Source of the DNA: Macrostomum lignano
Taxonomy: Eukaryota
Assembly (NCBI GenBank): GCA_002269645.1
Contig: NIVC01002335.1
Coordinates: forward strand, 62,001 to 126,000
Reading direction: 5' to 3'
Length of the DNA: 64,000 nucleotides
Made by a program: the position numbers and the translations under genes. The notes below the pieces were generated by a model, which saw only the letters and a list, made by a program, of their open reading frames with translations, was not told the origin of the DNA and ran no database searches. Of the stretch, positions 13,253-25,800 are shown piece after piece. The first letter of the stretch is position 1. Every line of letters begins with the position of its first letter.

Positions 13253-13461
13253 GAATGAGCTCGATGCAGAGATCAAGAAAAGGTTGATTGAATCAGAATT
13301 ATAACGGCTCTCAATATGCTCTATGCTATGCAAACGTGGCGAGATTCTGGAATAAAAAATTGTCAACAAAAACGATAGCCGCTTGTTCAATAGAATGTTT
13401 CTTGGTTTCAAACAGAACCGATTTAAACGAAAACTTTGACAATTTCACGCATAGCCGAAAT

Positions 13462-13809
13462 TCACGTGTTGCTGAAATTCACGTAGGCATTCTCCGAGCT
13501 CACCTTGTAGCTCTCGCTGGCGCCGCCGGTTCCGCTGGCGCCGCCTCCGCTGGCGCCGAAGAATCGCTCCCGGTAGCGGCTGGGCCGGTGCTCAATCAGC
13601 CAGGCGCCCAGGCGGCTTCCCGGATGTCGGAAGCCGTACAGCAGGACGCCGGCCACTGTGGCGACCGCAGCCAGCGCAAGGATGCCCAGGCAGACGCCGA
13701 GTGCCACCTGACCGGCGCTGCGCCTGCTGGCTGCCTCTGGCGGCTGCTTCGTGCCGGTGCGACCGAGCGGCACAATGCTGCGGTCGCCGTCACCGCAGGT
13801 TCCGCCGGC
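13462..13809 (-). CDS. PLXDC: PLXDC terminal exon: TM helix and cytoplasmic tail
   Basis: ccgcag|AGGTCGDG...[29 protein letters not shown]...IEHRPSRY...YVNFSNT*. Confidence 0.92.
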   Translation of the reverse strand, partial: AGGTCGDGDRSIVPLGRTGTKQPPEAASRRSAGQVALGVCLGILALAAVATVAGVLLYGFRHPGSRLGAWLIEHRPSRYRERFFGASGGGASGTGGASESYKVSSENAYVNFSNT

Positions 13810-16800
13810 CTGCGGTTCATGGTGTCAGTGATGAATTTATTTGTGTCAGTGATGAATTGATTTGTGTCAGTGATGAATTGATGTGTGTCAGTGATGAATT
13901 GATGTGTGTCAGTGATGAATTGATGTGTGTTGGTGACTCAGTGATGAATTGATTTGTGTCAGTGATGAATTGATGTGTGTTGGTGACTCAGTGATGAATT
14001 GATTTGTGTCAGTGATGAATTGATGTGTGTTGGTGACTCAGTGATGAATTGATTTGTGTCAGTGATGAATTGATGTGTGTTGGTGACTCAGTGATGAATT
14101 GATTTGTGTCAGTGATGAATTGATGTGTGTTGGTGACTCAGTGATGAATTGATTTGTGTCAGTGATGAATTGATGTGTGTTGGTGACTCAGTGATGAATT
14201 GATTTGTGTCAGTGATGAATTGATGTGTGTTGGTGACTCAGTGATGAATTGATTTGTGTCAGTGATGAATTGATGTGTGTTGGTGACTCAGTGATGAATT
14301 GATTTGTGTCAGTGATGAATTGATGTGTGTTGGTGACTCAGTGATGAATTGATTTGTGTCAGTGATGAATTGATGTGTGTTGGTGACTCAGTGATGAATT
14401 GATTTGTGTCAGTGATGAATTGATGTGTGTTGGTGACTCAGTGATGAATTTATTTGTGTCAGTGATGAATTGATTTGTGACAGTGATGAACTGATTTGTG
14501 TCAGCGATAGATAGATTGTGTCAGTGATAGATAGATAGTGTTAGCGATAGATAGATTGTGTCAGTGATAGATAGATTGTGTCAGTGATAGATAGATAGTG
14601 TCAGCGATAGATGGATTGTGTCAGCGATAGATAGATAGATTGTGTCAGCAATAGATAGATAGATTGTATCAGCGATAGATAGATTGTGTCAGTGATAGAT
14701 AGATAGATTGTGTCAGCGATAGATAGATTTTGTCAGCGATAGATAGATAGTGTCAGTGATAGATAGATTGTGTCAGTGATAGATAGATTGTGTCAGCGAT
14801 AGATAGATTGTGTCAGCGATAGATAGATAGATTGTGTCAGTGATAGATAGATTGTGTCAGCGATAGATAGATTGTGTCAGTGTTAGATAGATTGTGTCAG
14901 CGATAGATAGATTGTGTCAGCGATAGATAGATAGATTGTGTCAGTGATAGATAGATTGTGTCAGCGATAGATAGATTGTGTCAGCGATAGATAGATAGAT
15001 TGTGTCAGTGATAGATAGATAGTGTCAGCGATAGATTTTGTCAGCGATAGATAGATTGTGTCAGCGATAGATAGATTGTGTCAGTGATGAACTGATTTGT
15101 GTCAGCGATAGATAGATTGTGTCAGTGATAGATAGATAGTGTTAGCGATAGATAGATTGTGTCAGTGATAGATAGATTGTGTCAGTGATAGATAGATAGT
15201 GTCAGCGATAGATGGATTGTGTCAGCGATAGATAGATAGATTGTGTCAGCGATAGATAGATTGTGTCAGTGATAGATAGATAGATTGTGTCAGCGATAGA
15301 TAGATTGTGTCAGTGATAGATAGATTGTGTCAGTGATAGATAGATTGTGTCAGCGATAGATAGATAGATTGTGTCAGCGATAGATGGATTGTGTCAGTGA
15401 TGAACTGATTTGTGTCAGCGACAAATAGAATGTGTCAGCGATAGATAGATAGTGTCAGCGATAGATGGATTGTGTCAGCGATAGATAGATAGATTGTGTC
15501 AGCGATAGATAGATAGATTGTGTCAGCGATAGATAGATAGATTGTGTCAGCGATAGATAGATAGATAGTGTCAGCGATAGATGGATTGTGTCAGCGATAG
15601 ATAGATAGATTGTGTCAGCGATAGATAGATAGATTGTGTCAGCGATAGATAGATTGTGTCAGTGATAGATAGATAGTGTCAGCGATAGATAGATTGTGTC
15701 AGCGATAGATAGATTGTGTCAGCGATAGATAGATTGTGTCAGCGATAGATAGATGGATTGTGTCAGCGATAGATGGATTGTGTCAGCGATAGATAGATAG
15801 ATTGTGTCAGCGATAGATAGATAGATTGCGTCAGCGATAGATGGATTGTGTCAGACAGAAACAAATCACAAAAACAGCAGCCCAATATCAATATTAGCTT
15901 TGGCTAAAGTGGCATGCAGAGCTGACGGGCGGCAAGGCAAACACATTCCGGCTGGTGAGAAACTGATGGATTTAACAATCGAGCACTCTGTATGATTTGC
16001 AGTTGCAACAACTGCAAGGCAATAAAATGAAGGCTGTTAAGAAACGATAAAAAGTTGATAAAAATGCTACTTAAAAGTGAAAGCAGTTCTGTGAAAATGA
16101 AACGCTTAAATAAGTGAAAGAAAGTGAATTATTGATTTGTGTTTTATTGTTGCCGTACACAGTCGTGGTCCACGACGACCACATCGACAGTGGTGGCCTC
16201 CGTGGCCTGGGTGCTGCGTTCGCGAGTAGTAGTAGTAGCAGTAGTAGCAGCGGTAGTAGTAGTTTCAACCCTACGAGTTGTGATGTCCTTCCAGCAGAGC
16301 CTTGTGAACTGAGATTACACGCGTTTGTGTTGCCCAGTCAGAACTCTATTAGCTACTTATTACTGAGGAACTTCTCTGATGCTGGCGCGATAAAAAGTTT
16401 TGGTTTGCAATAGCAAATTCTACAGATTGTATCAATTGTAAGTTGGTCAGCTTGATTTACATGAGGTAGAAGGGAAAAGTTTTAAAAATTAGATATGGGA
16501 GTGGGATACGGGAAGTGAGATATGAGAATTGAGATACGGGAAGTGAGATATGGGAAGTGAGATACGGGAAGTGAGATATGGGAATTGAGATACGGGAAGT
16601 GAGATATGGGAAGTGAGATACGGGAAGTGAGATATGGGAATTGAGATACGGGAAGTGAGATATGGGAAGTGAGATACGGGAAGTGAGATATGGGAAGTGA
16701 GATATGAGAAGTGAGATACGGGAAGTGAGATATGGGAAGTGAGATACGGGAAGTGAGATACGGGAAGTGAGATATGGGAAGTGAGATACGGGAAGTGAGA

Positions 16801-19800
16801 TATGAGAAGTGAGATACGGGAAGTGAGATATGAGAAGTGAGATACGGGAAGTGAGATATGAGAAGTGAGATACGGGAAGTGAGATATGAGAAGTGAGATA
16901 CAGGAAGTGAGATATGAGAAGTGAGATACGGGAAGTGAGATACGGGAAGTGAGATATGAGAAGTGAGATATGGGAAGTGCGATACGGGAAGCGAGATATG
17001 AGAAGTGAGATACGGGAAGTGAGATACGGGAAGTGAGATATGAGAAGTGAGATATGGGAAGTGAGAGATGGGAAGTGAGATACGGGAAGTGAGATATGGG
17101 AAGTGCGATACGGGAAGCGAGATATGAGAAGTGAGAGATGGGAAGTGAGATACGGGAAGTGAGATATGGGAAGTGCGATACGGGAAGCGAGATACGGGAA
17201 GTGAGATTTGGGATGTGAGATACGGGAAGTGAGATATGAGAAGTGAGATATGGGAAGTGAGATATGGGAAGTGAGAGATGGGAAGTGCGATACGGGAAGC
17301 GAGATACGGGAAGTGAGATATGGGATGTGAGATACGGGAAGTGAGATATGAGAAGTGAGATACGGGAAGTGAGATATGAGAAGTGAGATATGGGAAGTGA
17401 GATACGGGAAGTGAGATACGGGAAGTGAGATATGGGAAGTGAGATACGGGAAGTGAGATATGGGAAGTGAGATATGGGAAGTGAGATATGGGAAGTGAGA
17501 TATTAGAAGTGAGAGATGGTAAGTTTAAAAAGCCAACAGAGCCACTATGTAAATTAAAACACTCACCAAAACTGTCAATCTTTTGACCCAAATAAAAACA
17601 ATAAACAGACTGCAAAACCAGCATAACCCAAACTCACCGAATAGTGGCACTCGGAGTCGTGCCAGTCCTGTAGCCGACGGTCGACCCCGGAGCTGCAGCG
17701 GCCCAGATCGTAGCACCAGCTGCAGTTGAAGGCGGGGACTCGCGACCGGTCAGTGCAGTTGGAGCAGCTGGTCTGCTGGTTGCAGGCTGGGAATTGTGGG
17801 AGTGGAGAAGCTATTTGTTATATGATTGCTTTCTTGGGATAAATTTGTGTACAGCTAACCACAGCTCAAATTTAGTCTCAATGTGATCTTAATGTCACCC
17901 CAATGTGATCTTAATGTCACCCCAATGTGATTTTAATGTCACCCCAATGTGATCTTAATGTCAGTCCCTATGTGATCTTAATGTCAGTCTGAATGTGATC
18001 TTAATGTCAGTCTCAATGTGATCTTAATGTCACCCCAATGTGATCTTAATGTCAGTCCCTATGTGATCTTAATGTCAGTCTGAATGTGATCTTAATGCCC
18101 GTCTCAATGTCATCTTAATGTCACCCTAATGTGATCTTAATGTCAGTCCCTATGTGATCTTAATTCCAGTCTCAATGTCATCTTAATGTCACCCCAATGT
18201 CATCTTAATGTCAGTCTGAATGTGATCTTAATGCCCGTCTCAATGTCATCTTAATGTCAGTCTGAATGTGATCTTAATGTCAGTCTAAATTTGATCTTAA
18301 TGTTAGTCTGAATGTGATCTTAATATCAGTCTGAATGTGATCTTAATGTCAGTCTGAATGTGATCTTAATGTTAGTCTGAATGTGATCTTAATGTTAGTC
18401 TGAATGTGATCTTAATGTCAGTCTGAATGTGATCTTAATGTTAGTCTGAATGTGATCTTAATGTCAGTCTGAATGTGATCTTAATGTTAGTCTGAATGTG
18501 ATCTTAATATCAGTCTGAATGTGATCTTAATGTTAGTCTGAATGTGATCTTAATGTCAGTCTGAATGTGATCTTAATGTCAGTCTGAATGTGATCTTAAT
18601 GTCAGTCTCAATGTGATCTTAATGTCACCCCAATGTGATCTTAATGTCAGTCCCTATGTGATCTTAATGTCAGTCTGAATGTGATCTTAATGTCAGTCTG
18701 AATGTGATCTTAATTTAGTCTTAACCCAAGATACCATTGAGTAAACCTAATTAAAGTCACCTCATCGTCACCTAGTCATGGTTACGAACTCGCACTAAAA
18801 TAACAACACAAGTGCAGCGCCACTTACTCGGCTGGTGCACCAGATGGATTATGCCGTCTGTGACAATTTGATCCCGTGGCACTCGCAGCTCGTGGTATCT
18901 CACAATCTTGCGCAACACGGTGCCTGAGGAAACAACTAATAAATTTAGAATGATGAATTATTTGACTGGTTAGTGCGTAAATTAGTGAAGGTTTATAGAT
19001 AGATTGACACGTACCTGGCAAACAAGATAATAAATTACAAGTCTAATAGATTAAAAGCAAAGTAGATAGTGGTGCAGTCAATCAGTTAGTTAAATAATGT
19101 TATTTATTACATGGTAAAGCGAAGGCTAAATTAAGTTAATTAGAATATACAGAGCAGTTATTAATTTTATATTATACACGCAGAGAAATAGCTTGTACAG
19201 GTTTCAGAAATAGTTTCTCAGCTCAAGACAGTAAGATAATAAGTTGATTAAGGTACAAGGAGCTAGTTTAAACAGGTAACACACCGAATAGCCTATCGAA
19301 CCTTCAGTAACAGGTTGTCTGAATACCCCAACAAACCTTCAGTAACAGGTTGTCTGAATACCATCAAACCTTCAGTAACAGGTTGTCTAAATACCATCAA
19401 ACCTTCAGTAACGAATAGAATTAATACCCCACCAAACCTTCAGTAAGGGTAGCCTGAATACCCCACCAAACCTTCAGTAGGGGTAGCCTGAATACCCCAT
19501 CAAACCTTCAGTAACAGGTTGTCTGAATACCCAATCAAACCTTCAGTAACAGGTTGTCTGAATACCCCATCAAACCTTCAGTAACAGGTTGTCTGAATAC
19601 CCCATCAAACCTTTAGTAACAAGTTGTCTGAATACCCCATCAAACCTTTAGTAACAGGTTGTCTGAATACCCCATCAAACCTTCAGTAACGAATAGAATG
19701 AATACCCCACCAAACCTTCAGTAAGGGTAGCCTGAATACCCATCAAACCTTCAGTAACGAATAGAATGAATACCCCACCAAACCTTCAGTAAGGGTAGCC

Positions 19801-22800
19801 TGAATACCCATCAAACCTTCAGTAACGAATAGAATGAATACCCCACCAAACCTTCAGTAACAAGTTGTCTGAATACCCCATCAAACCTTCAGTAACGAAT
19901 AGAATGAATACCCCACCAAACCTTCAGTAAGGGTAGCCTGAATACCCACCAAACCTTCAGTAAGGGTAGCCTGAATACCCCACCAAACCTTCAGTAGGGG
20001 TAGCCTGAATACCCCATCAAACCTTCAGTAACAGGTTGTCTGAATACCCAATCAAACCTTCAGTAACAGGTTGTCTGAATACCCCATCAAACCTTCAGTA
20101 ACAGGTTGTCTGAATACCCCATCAAACCGTCAGTAACAAGTTGTCTGAATACCACATCAAACCTTCAGTAACAAGTTGTCTGAATACCCCATCAAACCTT
20201 CAGTAACAAGTTGTCTGAATACCCCATCAAACCGTCAGTAACAAGTTGTCTGAATACCCCATCAAACCTTCAGTAACAAGTTGTCTGAATACCCCATCAA
20301 ACCTTCAGTAACAAGTTGTCTGAATACCCCATCAAACCTTCAGTAACAAGTTGTCTGAATACCCCATCAAACCTTCAGTAACGAATAGAATGAATACCCC
20401 ACCAAACCTTCAGTAAGGGTAGCCTGAATACCCATCAAACCTTCAGTAACGAATAGAATGAATACCCCACCAAACCTTCAGTAAGGGTAGCCTGAATACC
20501 CATCAAACCTTCAGTAACGAATAGAATGAATACCCCACCAAAACTTCAGTAAGGGTAGCCTGAATACCCATCAAACCTTCAGTAACGAATAGAATGAATA
20601 CCCCACCAAACCTTCAGTAAGGGTAGCCTGAATACCCATCAAACCTTCAGTAACGAATAGAATGAATACCCCACCAAACCTTCAGTAACAAGTTGTCTGA
20701 ATACCCCATCAAACCTTCAGTAACGAATAGAATGAATACCCCACCAAACCTTCAGTAAGGGTAGCCTGAATACCCACCAAACCTTCAGTAAGGGTAGCCT
20801 GAATACCCCACCAAACCTTCAGTAGGGGTAGCCTGAATACCCCATCAAACCTTCAGTAACAGGTTGTCTGAATACCCAATCAAACCTTCAGTAACAGGTT
20901 GTCTGAATACCCCATCAAACCTTCAGTAACAGGTTGTCTGAATACCCCATCAAACCGTCAGTAACAAGTTGTCTGAATACCACATCAAACCTTCAGTAAC
21001 AAGTTGTCTGAATACCCCATCAAACCTTCAGTAACAAGTTGTCTGAATACCCCATCAAACCGTCAGTAACAAGTTGTCTGAATACCCCATCAAACCTTCA
21101 GTAACAAGTTGTCTGAATACCCCATCAAACCTTCAGTAACAAGTTGTCTGAATACCCCATCAAACCTTCAGTAACAAGTTGTCTGAATACCCCATCAAAC
21201 CTTCAGTAACGAATAGAATGAATACCCCACCAAACCTTCAGTAAGGGTAGCCTGAATACCCATCAAACCTTCAGTAACGAATAGAATGAATACCCCACCA
21301 AACCTTCAGTAAGGGTAGCCTGAATACCCATCAAACCTTCAGTAACGAATAGAATGAATACCCCACCAAAACTTCAGTAAGGGTAGCCTGAATACCCATC
21401 AAACCTTCAGTAACGAATAGAATGAATACCCCACCAAACCTTCAGTAAGGGTAGCCTGAATACCCATCAAACCTTCAGTAACGAATAGAATGAATACCCC
21501 ATCAAACCTTCAGTAAGGGTAGCCTGAATACCCCACCAAACCTTTAGTAAGGGTAGCCTGAATGCCCCTCAAACCTTCAGCAAACTACAATTCTTCATTG
21601 GATTGTCAAATTTTAATAAGATTACGGAACCTGGCAACTAGGATTGCATTGAGCAAGGTCAAAATACAGGCCCTAGCAATGGTTTTTCTTACCTAACCCA
21701 GGAGCTTTCACTTCATAGTAAAAGGCATCTGACAGTCCAATTTTCAGCATAGACGAGGCTGACCTCAAGGCTTCCATGGTGATTGGGATCTGAATTATTC
21801 AGTAGGAATCGATTACTTATTATTAATCAATTTTAAGGCTAAACAAACCAGCACAACTATCAAGTCCGATGGCTCACCTTAATGTAGTCGAAGACGATAG
21901 ATCCGTTTGATAATATGGCGCATTGAAAGGAAAAGGTGCCCACTGTAACAGAGTTCAGAATTCTGCGCTAGGTGAGTGAGTATTATATAAATAGATTTAA
22001 GTGCAATGTTTAAAATGGATTCTGTGGTCTAATTTGACAAACTATACACAGAAAGTATCTTGTAAAGCGTGAACAGACAAGATTGAAGGAGTGTCAGTGA
22101 CCTCAAGTGAGAACAGACAAGATTGAAGGAGTGTCAGTGACCTGAAGTGAGAACAGAAAAGATTGAAGAGTGTCAGTGACCTGAAGTGAGAACAGACAAG
22201 ATTGAAGGAGTGTCAGTGACCTCAAGTGAGAACAGACAAGATTGAAGGAGTGTCAGTGACCTGAAGTGAGAACAGACAAGATTGAAGAGTGTCAGTGACC
22301 TGAAGTGAGAACAGACAAGATTGAAGGAGTGTCAGTGACCTAAAGTGAGAACAGACAAGATTGAAGAGTGTCAGTGACCTGAAGTGAGAACAGACAAGAT
22401 TGAAGAGTGTCAGTGACCTGAAGTGAGAACAGACAAGATTGAAGGAGTGTCAGTGACCTGAAGTGAGAACAGACAAGATTGAAGGAGTGTCAGTGACCTG
22501 AAGTGAGAACAGACAAGATTGAAGAGTGTCAGTGACCTGAAGTGAGAACAGACAAGATTGAAGGAGTGTCAGTGACCTGAAGTGAGAACAGACAAGATTG
22601 GGTGTCTATATGCAAAGCACAAGATCAAGAGACCACGCAGTTCAGCCCCTCATCACAATCAGCAGTCAGAGAGAACTTACAAGAATAGTTTGAGCTCACA
22701 AACAGATTCTCCCAGCGCACCCAGAAGGCGTCCTCAGCTTCGACATACTTGATAGCGGACACCGACCTCCTGGTCTCGAAGTCGGCCATCATTGGTGCAA

Positions 22801-25800
22801 TGTATTGCGAGAAAGTCAAGTAAGGATGCGTCAGATCGTTTACGTAGATGAACCCTGCGTGTTGGGGATTGGGCGTGCAACTTCGATTATTTTTGTTTTA
22901 TTCATTTTTATTTTCAGACAAAAAAGCGCAGAAAGCTTGATTAATAATAATAATAACTGATTACACCTGCCTTGACGGGCAGATGAGCAACCGACAGCTC
23001 AGCCGCAGCTATTGCGCGGCGCATCTGAAGGCTGCGTACGGCTGTTCAGTCCAAGGACTGGGGGGTCGCCACACACACCCTCAATTACCCCAGCTAATGC
23101 TGGCACCCATTTTACAGCTGGGTGAACTGAAGCAATGCAGATCGTTAAGTGTTTTGCTCAAGGACACAAACTGTTCCGAGTGGGATCGGGAATCGAACCC
23201 CCGACCTTCAAGTCGTGAGTCCGACGCTCACATTAAACAGGGCTGATTAAACAGGTATCAGCAGGTTGATAGATTAAATAATTCAATAGGGCACACCCCA
23301 GCGACTCAGTGGCAATAAAATCAGGCACTAACATTGCGAGGACTACGCACACGTATCTGAGCTAAAACCAATTGGAAAGAGTCGGAATGTCAGGACAGGT
23401 GGGTGCACTGTTCAGAAAAAAAAATTATGGCAAAACCTGGGACCGCGAAGGGGAGGAAGAGCTGTTACAACAGGATGGGGAGATGCGGACTCCACGCATG
23501 TATTCCCAAGCCAGCCAGCCATGCGCAGAGCTGCATCAGTGCAGCTCCCAACAAGCGAGACAATAGTACAGCCTTCTCCTTACAGAGGCTGCTACGTTTT
23601 TAAGTCCTACGGGGAAAAGCAAACACAATGCGTTGTCATGGCAACCAGTGCCACGCCAGCCTCACCGCTAGTGGTAAGCACAATCGACTTGACTGAATGG
23701 CCGTAGAAGTCGAACGAAAAAACCAGTGGAATTGTCTGAAATACGAGTATTAGCGGCGGTTTTATAGGGTGGCCGGATCACTCGGTGCATAGTAGAACCT
23801 ATTTACCGCACAACTGATTTCCCAACGCAAGACAAAGCTCGAGGTCGAAAAGACCCAAGACTTACCAATGCCAGATTTTTTCCATTGTTCAAATTAATAT
23901 TGGAGCGAATCGAATAAGCTGAGAAGATTCGATCAAACTCGCCGGAATAGTACGTGCTCATGGGGTGACTCTTTGCTATAATCATATTGTAGTACACATG
24001 GTTATCCTGCAATTGTGTTTTTAGGATAATCTGTTGTACGACTTGCATTCGTGATAATAGCTCTTATAGTAGTCATAATTATTTAAACTTAACTTTGCCG
24101 TCACGCTGTCCATGCATGCTAAAGTGTGTCTGTCGCCCCAAGGTCATTTAATTCTAGTTAACTTTTCAGTCACGCTGTCCATGTATGTTAAACTGTGACT
24201 GTAGCCCCAAGGTCATTTAATTCTAGTTAACTTTTCAGTCACGCTGTCCATGCGTGCTAAAGTGAGGCTGCAGCCTTCAAAGTCATTTAATTCTAGCTAA
24301 CTTTGTAGTCACGCTGTCCATGTATGTTAAACTGTGACTGTAGCCCCAAGGTCATTTAGTTCTAGTTAACTTTTCAGTCACGCTGTCCATGTATGTTAAA
24401 CTGTGACTGTAGCCCCAAGGTCATTTAATTCTAGTTAACTTTTCAGTCACGCTGTCCATGCGTGCTAAAGTGAGGCTGCAGCCTTCAAAGTCATTTAATT
24501 CTAGCTAACTTTGTAGTCACGCTGTCCATGTATGTTAAACTGTGACTGTAGCCCCAAGGTCATTTAGTTCTAGTTAACTTTTCAGTCACGCTGTCCATGC
24601 GTGCTAAAGTGAGGCTGCAGCCTTTAAAGTCATTTAATTCTAGCTAACTTTGTAGTCACGCTGTCCATGTATGTTAAACTGTGACTGTAGCCCCAAGGTC
24701 ATTTAATTTCTAGTTAACTTTTCAGTAACGCTGTCCATGCACGCTACATTGCGACTGTAGCCCCAAGGTCATTTAATTTCTAGTTAACTTTTCAGTAACG
24801 CTGTCCATGCACGCTACATTGCGACTGTAGCCCCAAGGTCATTTAATTCTATTTAACTCTAGTTCATGCATATTCGGGGTAGCGCCCTCCAAGGTTATTT
24901 AACAGTAGTTTGTTTGGCTATTGCAAACACAGTCGAGCTGCATGTTTTGATGGCATGACTGTTAAAAAAATTTTATGGCTTAATTACGAGCATCGGTTGC
25001 TTGGAACAACTACAAATGACAATAATAGATAGCAAAGTTACCTCGGACAAGTCGGGCTCCCCGGAGTCGGATGTGTCTCGTCGAACAATACCATGCTCAA
25101 GGGTTGGCCGGTCCAACAGGCGGATAGTCGAAGTTACCGGCTTGTTAGCTGACTCGAATTCGAACACTTCGCCTTCTTGAGTTTTACGTGGAATAGGCGG
25201 AATAGAGAGTGAAAGCGTGTAGATGCAAAACTGATGCTAGAAATCCGTTAAATGAAGTTACCCTTCCAACTAATGAGATCTCCACTCATTGAATTATTAG
25301 TTTCCATCTCTGACTTTGAACTCCCCACCTTCCAACTTTGAGTTAAGCACTTCAGACTTCAAGTTCTCTAATTCAGAATATGTGGAGGAATTCCATATCT
25401 CTAAATTTCAGCTTCCACTGCTAAAATTGAAGTCTTTGTGACTCCCATAGATATTTTGAACTTCTCTAAAACTAAGGATAATGACAGGAGTTTCTAAATT
25501 AAATACTCAGGTAACAATTATTATATGCTAAATATTTTAAAATTCCTATAATCTTGAATTAAAAAATAAAAGTTCAAATCTAAAATTATTAAAGATATAA
25601 GCAGATAAGTGAAATTTTACATGCATTTGTTTTTCATCGAAATATTAAAAGAAGAGAGAAATTCTGTTTATATTTGTTGTAGTATTTGTATTTAAAACAC
25701 TGGATTTAAAATTTGTGGTATGCTTAAAATAAAAAAATAATAATTTCTAAGATAAAAGAATTTTTAGGCTTATTTTGTGTTAATGTTTATGTTTAACAAG

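Noticed and set aside
16071-16268. ORF resembling a signal peptide ([20 protein letters not shown])
   Set aside because: It is an off-frame shadow of the Thr-rich PLXDC exon and starts at TTG.
23180-23243. tRNA gene
   Set aside because: There is a B box, but the A box is degenerate and no cloverleaf forms; it is the head of a SINE.
1274-24850. Sense-strand G/T bias of intronic satellites
   Set aside because: It holds for RSK, but the PLXDC introns show both polarities.
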